Made by a program: the position numbers and the translations under genes. Shown here piece by piece: positions 11,935-19,718 of a DNA stretch of 64,000 nucleotides (the stretch's first letter is position 1; each line of letters opens with the position of its first letter). This stretch comes from Deferrisomatales bacterium. Its GTDB lineage: Bacteria; Desulfobacterota; Deferrisomatia; Deferrisomatales; JACRMM01. The stretch spans positions 134,594 to 198,593 of the forward strand of contig JAWSUI010000002.1 of NCBI GenBank assembly GCA_033551855.1, written 5' to 3'. The notes under the pieces were generated by a model that saw only the letters and a list, made by a program, of their open reading frames with translations, searched no databases and was not told the origin of the DNA.

Positions 11935-12849
11935 GTGACCGGGCTCCGCCGCGCCTTCGTGGTGAACCCCGCCTCGGCCGGTTGCCCCCGGGACCTGGGG
12001 GGCCGAATCCTGCGGCGGTTCCCGGGCGCCCGGGTCCGGCAGACCCGGGGGCCCGGCGACGGGGGCTCCCAGGCTGCCCTGGCCGTGGAAGAGGGGGCCC
12101 GCGTCCTGGTGGCCTGCGGCGGCGACGGCACCGTGCGCGAGGTGGCGACGGCGGCGGCCGCCGCCGGCGCCACCCTCGGCCTGGTGCCCGTGGGCATGGT
12201 GAACCTCCTGGCCTCCGAGCTGGGGTTGCCGCGGGGGGTGGAGGGTGCCCTGCAGGTGGTCGAGGAAGGCCGCACGGTCGACGTCTACCCGGGCCGGTGT
12301 GAGCCGCAGGGGGGGACGGAGACCCTCTTCTTTCTCTGCGTGACGGCGGGCCCGGACGCCGACGCCGTCCACGCCGTGGGCCGCGACAAACGCTTCCTGG
12401 GCCGGTACGCCTACGGCCTGCGCTTTGCCCTGCGGCTGCTGCGCCCCCTGACGGACGAGGTCGCGTGGGACGAAGGGGGGGCGGCCGGCCGGCGGGGCCG
12501 GTGCGCCCAGTTCCTCTGTCTCAAGCTGCCCCACTACGCCGGCCGGTATCGCGTCTCGGAGGCCGTCTCCCCCTACCGCCCGGGCCTCGAGGCCGTGGCC
12601 GTCGCCGGGGGGCGGGGGAGGGTCCTCCGGTTCTTCGCCGCCGCCCTGGGCGGCCGGGTTCGACCGCTGCGCGGGGTCTCGCGGTTTCCCGTCACAGACG
12701 TCGTGCTGCACCTGCCGGGGCACGGCCGGTTCCAGGTGGACGGAGACCCCTTCACCGCCCCGGCGGTGCGCCTCACCGCGGGTCGCGACCCCCTCCGGGT
12801 GCTGGCGCCGGCGGGGGCATGTTGCGGTCCGGAGCGGACGGCCCCATGA
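11935..12849 (+). CDS. Diacylglycerol/lipid kinase family protein
   Basis: VNPASAG, ACGGDGTV, GMVNLLASELG, QVDGD; GTG start at 11935. Confidence 0.85.
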   Translation: MTGLRRAFVVNPASAGCPRDLGGRILRRFPGARVRQTRGPGDGGSQAALAVEEGARVLVACGGDGTVREVATAAAAAGATLGLVPVGMVNLLASELGLPRGVEGALQVVEEGRTVDVYPGRCEPQGGTETLFFLCVTAGPDADAVHAVGRDKRFLGRYAYGLRFALRLLRPLTDEVAWDEGGAAGRRGRCAQFLCLKLPHYAGRYRVSEAVSPYRPGLEAVAVAGGRGRVLRFFAAALGGRVRPLRGVSRFPVTDVVLHLPGHGRFQVDGDPFTAPAVRLTAGRDPLRVLAPAGACCGPERTAP

Positions 12850-13499
12850 GGGGGCGGCCGATCCTCCTCGCCGGTCTGCTGGCGCTCGGCGTGGCGCTGG
12901 GCTACGCCGGAGTCCTGGACCATCCGCGGGTCCGGGAGCTCCTGGGGGCCGCGGCGGGGCAGTGGTGGACGCCGCCGGCCCTCGTGGCGGCCATGACCGG
13001 CGCCTACGCCTTCGCCCTGCCCGGGTCCGCCCTGATCCTGCCGACGGCGCTCCTCTACCCTCCCCCGTTGACCGCCGGCATAGCCGCGGTGGGGGGAGGT
13101 CTGGGGGCCCTCTGGGCCTACCACGTGGCCGGCCGCCTGGGAGCCTCCTGGGTCCGCGAGGTCTCGGCCAGCCCTGCCTTTGGGCTCCTGCGCCGCAACA
13201 GCGGTTTCCCCGTCCTGTGCGCGCTGCGGGTCCTGCCGGCGTTCCCTCACTCCTTCATCAACTACGGGGCCGGGCTGCTCCGGGTGCCCCGGCCGGCCCT
13301 GTTCCTCTCGGCCGTGGCCGGCCTCGGGGTCAAGGGGTACCTCTATGCCGCCGCTGTCCAGCAATTGGCCGAGGCCGGGGACCCCGTCGAGCTGGCGAAC
13401 CTCCGGACCCTCTGGCCGCTGCTGGCCCTGGCTCTGCTCCTGGGAGCCGGGTGGGGTCTGCGTCGGTGGTGGGAAGGCAACGGGGGGCGCAGCGGGTAG
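12846..13499 (+). CDS. DedA/VTT (SNARE-associated) membrane protein
   Basis: FALPGSAL, LRVLPAFPHSFINYGAG; ATGA overlap with the lipid kinase. Confidence 0.8.
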   Translation: MRGRPILLAGLLALGVALGYAGVLDHPRVRELLGAAAGQWWTPPALVAAMTGAYAFALPGSALILPTALLYPPPLTAGIAAVGGGLGALWAYHVAGRLGASWVREVSASPAFGLLRRNSGFPVLCALRVLPAFPHSFINYGAGLLRVPRPALFLSAVAGLGVKGYLYAAAVQQLAEAGDPVELANLRTLWPLLALALLLGAGWGLRRWWEGNGGRSG

Positions 13500-13516
13500 G
13501 GGCGGGTCCCCGGCCC

Positions 13517-16500
13517 TCAGGATGTCCCTGGGTCCTCCGCCTCCCTGCCCGAAGATCCCCACCAGTTCCGCAGCCGCCGCAGGCGGCGGGGTCCGCGTCG
13601 AAAGATTTCCTCCAGGGAGAGATGGGGGTCTCGGGCCGGATCCTCCAGGTAGTCCCGGATCGCGTCGAGACGGCGTCGGAGGTCCCCCTCCAGGGCGAGG
13701 CGCAGCCCAGCCCTTCCCGCCAGGATGCGCTGCTTGAGGTTCGGTGGGGGGCGCTCTCCTTGGTGCTTCCTCAGCTTGTACTCGATCCGTGCGGCGATCA
13801 GACCCAAGAGGGTCTCCTGGTGCTCGGGGCCGAGCCACAGCACCTCCGGGACCAGGTCCCCGAAGTGGGTCACCCCCAGGACATCCTTCCCCTGCGCCCA
13901 GTAGCCGGCAAGGAACTCCGGATCGAGGTCCCGGTAGTTCTGCAGGGGCAGATACATGCGCCGCAGGTGCTGGAGGACCTTTTCGGCCTTGCGCCTGTGG
14001 CCGCCGATGATGACGGGGCTCCCCACCTCTCCGCGCTTGACCCCCTTGGTCCAGGGGGCGCCCGTGATCCCGAAGTCGTTGCACACCGGAATGAGCAGGA
14101 GGGCGGAGAGGGTGCTGATGGCCAGCGCGTAGCCCGCCGAGGGGCCTCCCACCGCGTAGGAGGCGGACAGCAGTTGGTGGTGGACGGTGTACTTGTCGAG
14201 GAACTCTCCCAGAAGCCGGGCGACGTTGATCTTGGGTGAGAGGCCCTGGAGGTAGTTCTCCACCAGTGTAAGTGCCTCCCGGGCGGACTGTTGGGTCATC
14301 TGGACGGCCATGTCCATCTCCGCCGCGGTGGGCGCGGTCGAGGAGACCGCACCGGTCACCAGCACCTTCTCGGCCGAGAGGTTGTAGACGAGGCTCGTCG
14401 CGATGGGCAGGAGCACGCCCGCCACGTCGCTTGCCCCCACACCGACGATGAACCCAACCTGGGGCTCTTGGCTGAGCTCCGCCTCCAGGAACTCGTCGAG
14501 TTGCACCTTCCCCTTCTTCGTCGGGCTCTGACTCATCTCCTCCCGGGCCGCCTCGAGGTGGGAAGCTGCCAGGGGGTAGTCGTCGCTGCCCCGCACCCCG
14601 TCCGCCAGCGCCAGGACCTCTTCGCAGTGCCGCAGGAACTCCAGGGGCTCGCTCTCCAGCCGTGCCTTGGCCGTTCGAGGAGCCCCGAGGGCCTCCAGGA
14701 TCCCGAGGAGGATCCGCAGGTTGAACTTCACGAAGTTCTCTCGGGCTTCGGGGGGCGCTGCGGTGAGCTCCCGAAGCCTGCGAATGACCGCCCACTCCGT
14801 GGCCCTCAGGGCCAGGGCCTTGTCGGTGAAGGCGGCGTAATCGGCCGGCGTGTTGCACACCGCTCGGGCCGCCTCCTCGATCCGTGCGGGGTCGAGCTTC
14901 TCTGCCAGTGGGATGCCGGCCAGCTTCTTCGCCACGATCTCGGCGACGTCGTCCCGCCGCAAGTGTCCGCTGATCTCCAGGGCCTTGAGGCGCTTGGAGC
15001 GCACGAGGGCCGGGTCCAGGATGTCGAGGCGGTTGGTGGTGAGCACGGTGAAGACCCGGTTGAGGGGCACCTCCCCGTCCACGAGGTTGAGGAACTTGTT
15101 GGTCACTTTGTCCTGGGGTGCCCCTCCCGAGGGGCTCCGGCGGGGGACGAGGGCGTCCCCTTCGTCGATGAAGACCACGGCCGGCGCGATCATCTTGGCA
15201 ATGTCGTACACGTGCTCCAGGTTCTCCACCGTGCCGTCGATGGGGTTCATCGGATCCTGCAGGTCCGTGGGACGCACGGCCAGGTCGTGCACGTCGGGAT
15301 TCTCGCTCAGCCACGCCCGGGCCAGGAAGGTCTTGCCGCTGCCAGGAGGGCCCGCCAGCACGAGCCCCTTCTCGTCGCTCACCCCGTAGTAGAGGCAGTT
15401 CATGGCCAGCTCGGAGAACTGGTTCTTGATCCCGCCCACGTACTGCTCCCAGCGCACCGAGCGATCCATCCGGTCCACGACCCGCTTGTAGAGATCCCCG
15501 TGGGCGTTGCGGGCCACCTGCTCGAAGGCGCTGCGCACCAGGAGGGCGTCGTCCAGGTGATCCGGCCGGAACCCCCCCCGCATCTCGACGATGGACCGGA
15601 CCAGCTTGCGCACATAGGAGGGAGTGATCTTGAGCGCCTTCTCCCGGAAGATCGGGTAGAGCCGGTCAACCGCCGCTTCCAGATCCGCCGGGGGCAGGTA
15701 CGAGATCCCCGGGGGCAGGGGACCCACGGGCGGGAAGCCCACCCGGATGTCCGCCCGCAGGAGCTCGATCCGCACGACCTCCCGCAGATTGTCGCGGCTC
15801 TTCCAGAACTCGGAGACATCGACGATGCGGCCCTTCTCGACGAAGCGGCGGTAGATGGCCGCATCGAACCTCTCGGGCTGGTCCGTCGTGGCGACGAGGA
15901 CACAGTCGCGCTGACCGTCGATGATCTCGTCCAGCAGGATGTTGGCGGTGTCCACCAGGGTCTGTTGCTGGCTCGAGACCGAGGTGGACCGGCTTTCCGC
16001 CCGGCCGAAGGCGCTGTGGGCCTCCTCCACGTGTCGGACGGTGGTGCGTCGAGGGTCCCCGAGGGCCTTGCGCAGGTAGTTGCCGGGTTCCCCGGCCAGG
16101 GCGGTCTGGTAGTCGTTGGGGGTGACCACGGCGTAGTCCACGGCGAGGCCCCGCTCCTGGAGCTCGGCCAGGTGCCCGGCAACGCGCTTCTGGAAGAGCC
16201 GCCGTACCAGCCAGCGGCGCGAAAGGAACTGGTAGAGCTTGAGGCGCCGCCGGCGGTAGATGTCCTGTGCCAGGGTCGGATCCACCGACTCGATGGTGCG
16301 CCAAAAAGGCTCTTCGGCCAGCACCTCCTCGCGCTTCTTGCCCAGGTCGACCTCGGGAAGGACTTCGTGGCGGAACATCACGGCCTCGAGGGCCTCGGCC
16401 GTCGTCGCGGTCTTGCCGGCGCCGCTGGGACCGATCACCAGCAGTAGCGGGGCCTTGGGCACCTCGGGATCGGCCAGGTACTCCTTGCGGACGTGGACCC

Positions 16501-16918
16501 GGTAGATCTTTTCGAGGAGCTCCCGGAACTCCGAGGGGACGTGAACGTCGGCGAGCTCCCGGTTCAGGAGCGCCAGCAGGTAGGTGTAGTCCTTGGCCGT
16601 CAGCTCCCTCTCCAGCATGCGGTTCCACGCCGCCCGGGGGGAGGTCTCTCCGGAGAATTCGAACCGGCGCTGCCAGTCGGTGAGGATCTGGGGGTCCCGC
16701 AGGATCGCAAACCCCTGTTCCCGAGGGCGCCAGAGCAGCGAGAGCAGCCCTTCCACCAGGCCGTGCAGGAGGCCCGACGGCGGGGTGAACTGGTTCAGGC
16801 GTGCCCGCAGGAATGCCTTGGTCTCGTAGGACCAAGAGGCCACGAGCGCCTCGATCTCCCGGATGCGCCGCTCCGGGAGGCGGACGTACCGGACCTCTCT
16901 GGTGACCCGTTTGGCCAT
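13517..16918 (-). CDS. Tandem AAA+ ATPase (D1+D2) fused to a Lon-type (S16) protease domain
   Basis: D1 GPSGAGKT...VRHVEE...ATTDQPERFDAAIYRRF; D2 GPPGSGKT...VVFIDEGD...TTNRLDILDPALVRSKRL; Lon-C PQVGFIVG...VTG...GPSAG...GITG...IIGGHRRK...LPLQNYRDL. Confidence 0.85.
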   Translation of the reverse strand: MAKRVTREVRYVRLPERRIREIEALVASWSYETKAFLRARLNQFTPPSGLLHGLVEGLLSLLWRPREQGFAILRDPQILTDWQRRFEFSGETSPRAAWNRMLERELTAKDYTYLLALLNRELADVHVPSEFRELLEKIYRVHVRKEYLADPEVPKAPLLLVIGPSGAGKTATTAEALEAVMFRHEVLPEVDLGKKREEVLAEEPFWRTIESVDPTLAQDIYRRRRLKLYQFLSRRWLVRRLFQKRVAGHLAELQERGLAVDYAVVTPNDYQTALAGEPGNYLRKALGDPRRTTVRHVEEAHSAFGRAESRSTSVSSQQQTLVDTANILLDEIIDGQRDCVLVATTDQPERFDAAIYRRFVEKGRIVDVSEFWKSRDNLREVVRIELLRADIRVGFPPVGPLPPGISYLPPADLEAAVDRLYPIFREKALKITPSYVRKLVRSIVEMRGGFRPDHLDDALLVRSAFEQVARNAHGDLYKRVVDRMDRSVRWEQYVGGIKNQFSELAMNCLYYGVSDEKGLVLAGPPGSGKTFLARAWLSENPDVHDLAVRPTDLQDPMNPIDGTVENLEHVYDIAKMIAPAVVFIDEGDALVPRRSPSGGAPQDKVTNKFLNLVDGEVPLNRVFTVLTTNRLDILDPALVRSKRLKALEISGHLRRDDVAEIVAKKLAGIPLAEKLDPARIEEAARAVCNTPADYAAFTDKALALRATEWAVIRRLRELTAAPPEARENFVKFNLRILLGILEALGAPRTAKARLESEPLEFLRHCEEVLALADGVRGSDDYPLAASHLEAAREEMSQSPTKKGKVQLDEFLEAELSQEPQVGFIVGVGASDVAGVLLPIATSLVYNLSAEKVLVTGAVSSTAPTAAEMDMAVQMTQQSAREALTLVENYLQGLSPKINVARLLGEFLDKYTVHHQLLSASYAVGGPSAGYALAISTLSALLLIPVCNDFGITGAPWTKGVKRGEVGSPVIIGGHRRKAEKVLQHLRRMYLPLQNYRDLDPEFLAGYWAQGKDVLGVTHFGDLVPEVLWLGPEHQETLLGLIAARIEYKLRKHQGERPPPNLKQRILAGRAGLRLALEGDLRRRLDAIRDYLEDPARDPHLSLEEIFRRGPRRLRRLRNWWGSSGREAEDPGTS

Positions 16919-16924
16919 GTCGGT

Positions 16925-17872
16925 TCAGCGGGCTGCGGGGGGGGCCGGCGCCGGCTGTGGCGGTGGGGCGGGCAGGGTCAAGGCGGGGGCGCCCCCGGTG
17001 TTTTGGATCACCACCGTGTTCTGGCCCGTCTGGTTCTTCTCATAGGCCGTGGCCCACTTCTGCTGGTTGAGGAACTCGAGCAGGGCCGTGTCGGTGGCGC
17101 CATCGGGGCGCCCGACCTCCCGTTGGAGGTCCCGGATGCTCTCGACGTACGCGCCGTAGAGCTTCCGGATTCGGCTGGCCTCCTGGTCGGCGGCGTAGTT
17201 CTCCGCCTCGGCGATGAGCTCGCGCCGCTTCTTTTCCTCACTGGCTTCCACGAGGTTGTCGCCGAAGCGGGTCTCCCGGAGAACGAAGCTGACCACCTCT
17301 ACGCCGTACTTCTGTTCCAGGGTGGGCCCACCGACGTTGATGGGTCGGTCCTTGAGGGCCCGGTAGATCTCCTCCTTGATCTCTTCCCTCGCGCTCACGA
17401 GGCGGTTGATCTCCTGGGCCTGGAGAATGTCTTTCGCCAGCCCGTCGTAGTCGGCCTGGAGGAGCTCGAGCGGACGCAGGTTCTCGATCGCCCACAGGCG
17501 CAGGTCGCGGATGCGGAAGGTGAGGACACCGGAGGTCCAGAGGGCGACGTTCTCCCGGGAGATGATCCGCACCGGCTCCTCGACCCCCCCCAGCGCCAGG
17601 CGCTGGTTCATCAAGGGCACTTCTTGCTCGATCCGGGTGAAGAACGGGAGCCTCGTGTGCCAGCCGACCTCGGTGATCACCTCACGGGTGCCCCCCAGCC
17701 GCTCGAGCACCACGGCGTAGTTGAGGCGAACCTTGAAGATCGTGCGGGTCGCGTACACCACGGCGACGGCGCCGTAGAGGAGCCCCGCCAGGACCGCCAG
17801 GCCCACCAGGCGGCGCACGAGGGCCGTCACGGCGGCCCTCCTCAGCAAAGGGGGAGTCTCCGGGTGTTCCAT
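16925..17872 (-). CDS. SPFH (band 7/prohibitin/HflK-like) membrane protein
   Basis: N-terminal TM, then YAVVLERLGG..GWHTRLPFFTRI, IISRENVAL, REEIKEEI, YGVEVVSFVLRE and a coiled-coil; ATG at 17872. Confidence 0.85.
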   Translation of the reverse strand: MEHPETPPLLRRAAVTALVRRLVGLAVLAGLLYGAVAVVYATRTIFKVRLNYAVVLERLGGTREVITEVGWHTRLPFFTRIEQEVPLMNQRLALGGVEEPVRIISRENVALWTSGVLTFRIRDLRLWAIENLRPLELLQADYDGLAKDILQAQEINRLVSAREEIKEEIYRALKDRPINVGGPTLEQKYGVEVVSFVLRETRFGDNLVEASEEKKRRELIAEAENYAADQEASRIRKLYGAYVESIRDLQREVGRPDGATDTALLEFLNQQKWATAYEKNQTGQNTVVIQNTGGAPALTLPAPPPQPAPAPPAAR

Positions 17873-18052
17873 GTCGTCCCCTGGGCGGCCGGCGGGCCCG
17901 CGACGGAAAGGTGGAAGCGCTCCTTGGACAGGGTAGACGGGCCTGGCATCAGCGCAAGGCACCGGCTGTCGCCTGGTGACCCAGGCAGCCCCCCGGCGCC
18001 GCCAGGAGGAAGGCCCGGCGCACTGCCCTGTCGGGCCGATGGACCCGAACGA

Positions 18053-18254
18053 CCCGCGTCCATCGTCAGATTCCGGGCGGGGCCGGAGCGTGACGCACTC
18101 GGGTGCCGCCTCGACCGCGGCATCGAACCCCGGGCAGAATCGCGGGGCTCGGCGCACCCGTTCCCGGGGGGGGCAGCCCGTCCCCAGCATCGGATTCGGC
18201 AGGAATGCGAAGAGACTCCCCGACCCCGAGCACGCGTCGGGCGAGGGATCCAGG
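18053..18254 (-). mobile_element. MITE-like repeat, copy C (diverged, head-to-head with copy D)
   Basis: Reverse complement starts CCTGGATCC; GGGGTCGGGGAGTCTCTTCG matches copy D at 15/20; CGGTCGAGGCGGCAC matches copy A; far end CCCGCGTCCATC. Confidence 0.6.
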
Positions 18255-18258
18255 AAGG

Positions 18259-18466
18259 CCTGGATCCACCGGCTGGTCGGCGAGCGGAGTCCGGGAGCCC
18301 CTGCGTTTCACCCCGCAATCCGCGACACTTCGACGAAGTGTCCCAGCAGTCCCCGGTGCGCCCGGCCTCACCCGCTTGCGCCGGCCTCGTCGGGTTGGTG
18401 GATGCGGTGCGGTGCTGCACTCCTGGGCTCCCGGACTCCGCCCCACAATGGGGTGGTGGATTCCGG
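18259..18466 (+). mobile_element. MITE-like repeat, copy D
   Basis: CCTGGATCCACC / GGTGGATTCCGG terminal IR; GAAGG on both flanks; perfect 17-bp subterminal IR at 18284-18300 and 18425-18441. Confidence 0.8.
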
Positions 18467-18480
18467 GAAGGGTTGGTCCC

Positions 18481-18509
18481 TTGCGCCCCGGGCCGTTCCT
18501 CAGTAGAAA
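18481..18509 (+). promoter_or_regulatory. Possible sigma70 promoter for the patatin gene
   Basis: TTGCGC - 17 bp - TAGAAA; weak match to consensus. Confidence 0.35.
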
Positions 18510-18605
18510 GGACGTCCATCCGGGCTTCCGTGGCACCTGCACCGGGACGAGGGGGGCGGGGGCCGCCCCGTGCTCCGGAGACGGTGTCGGAGCAGGAGGT
18601 GCCGC

Positions 18606-19640
18606 TTGAAGGTCCAGTTTCGGAATCTGGTGTTCGAGGGGGGTGGGGTCAGGGGCATTGCCTACGTGGGGGCCATGAAGTTGCTGGAGCAACGGGGAGC
18701 CCTCGACCACGTCCGCAGGGTCGGCGGCGCCAGCGCCGGGGCGATCAACGCGCTGATCCACGCCCTGGGATTTCCGATCGCCGAGCAGCAGCAGCTTCTA
18801 TCCTCGACGGATTTCCGGCGGTTCCTCGACGACTCCTTCGGGGTGATCCGCGACGTGCGCCGCCTCGCGAGGGAATTCGGCTGGCACAAGGGCGACTTCG
18901 TCTCCACTTGGGTGGGCGACCTCATCGAGAGCAAGCTCGGGCGGCGCGACGCTACCTTTCGGGACCTCCAGGCTGCCGGCCGTCCTGACCTCTACGTGGT
19001 CGGGACCAACCTGAGCACCGGGTGGGCAGAGGTCTTCTCCGCCGAGCGCCACGGCGACATGCCCCTGGCCAGGGCGCTGCGCATCAGCATGTCGATTCCC
19101 CTCTTCTTCGCGGCGGTGCGTCATGGGGCCCGGGGGGACGTCTACGTGGACGGGGGCGTGGTGCTGAATTACCCGGTCAAGCTCTTCGACCGGGAACGGT
19201 ACGTGGACCTCGCGGGGGAGCCCTACGGGGCGGCAAGCACGGCATACTACAGCCGCGAGAACGCCCGCTTCGCCCTGGAAAGGCCGGGGCGGAGCCCCTA
19301 CGTGTACAATCGGCAGACCCTCGGCCTGCGGCTGGACACCCGGGAGGAGATCGCGCTCTACCGGTACGACGAGCCCCCCAGGGGCCGCCCCATCTCCCGG
19401 TTCACGGAGTACGCCCGGGCGCTCACCTCCGCCCTGCTGCGGGTGCAGGAAAACCAGCACCTCCACGAGGACGACTGGCACCGTACCCTGTACATCGACA
19501 CCCTGGACGTCCGGACCACGGACTTTGCGCTGAGCGAAGAGAAGAAGGCGGCGCTCCTGGAGTCGGGCATCGCGTGTGCCGAGGCCTACTTCCGCTGGTT
19601 CGAGGACCCGGCGCAGGTCCCCGCGAACCGCGTAGGGTGA
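18606..19640 (+). CDS. Patatin-like phospholipase
   Basis: NLVFEGGGVRGIAY oxyanion motif, GASAG nucleophile, DGG; GGAGG RBS before TTG at 18606. Confidence 0.92.
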   Translation: MKVQFRNLVFEGGGVRGIAYVGAMKLLEQRGALDHVRRVGGASAGAINALIHALGFPIAEQQQLLSSTDFRRFLDDSFGVIRDVRRLAREFGWHKGDFVSTWVGDLIESKLGRRDATFRDLQAAGRPDLYVVGTNLSTGWAEVFSAERHGDMPLARALRISMSIPLFFAAVRHGARGDVYVDGGVVLNYPVKLFDRERYVDLAGEPYGAASTAYYSRENARFALERPGRSPYVYNRQTLGLRLDTREEIALYRYDEPPRGRPISRFTEYARALTSALLRVQENQHLHEDDWHRTLYIDTLDVRTTDFALSEEKKAALLESGIACAEAYFRWFEDPAQVPANRVG

Positions 19641-19718
19641 GGACCGGCGGGTGAAGCGGCAGGGTCGGGACGTGGCCAGGGGATCCGGGATGAAGAACGG
19701 GGAAGCGGCAGGGCCCCG

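Noticed and set aside
16493..18988. 831-aa plus-strand ORF and many similar antisense ORFs
   Set aside because: Antisense to motif-bearing genes, with no recognisable domains
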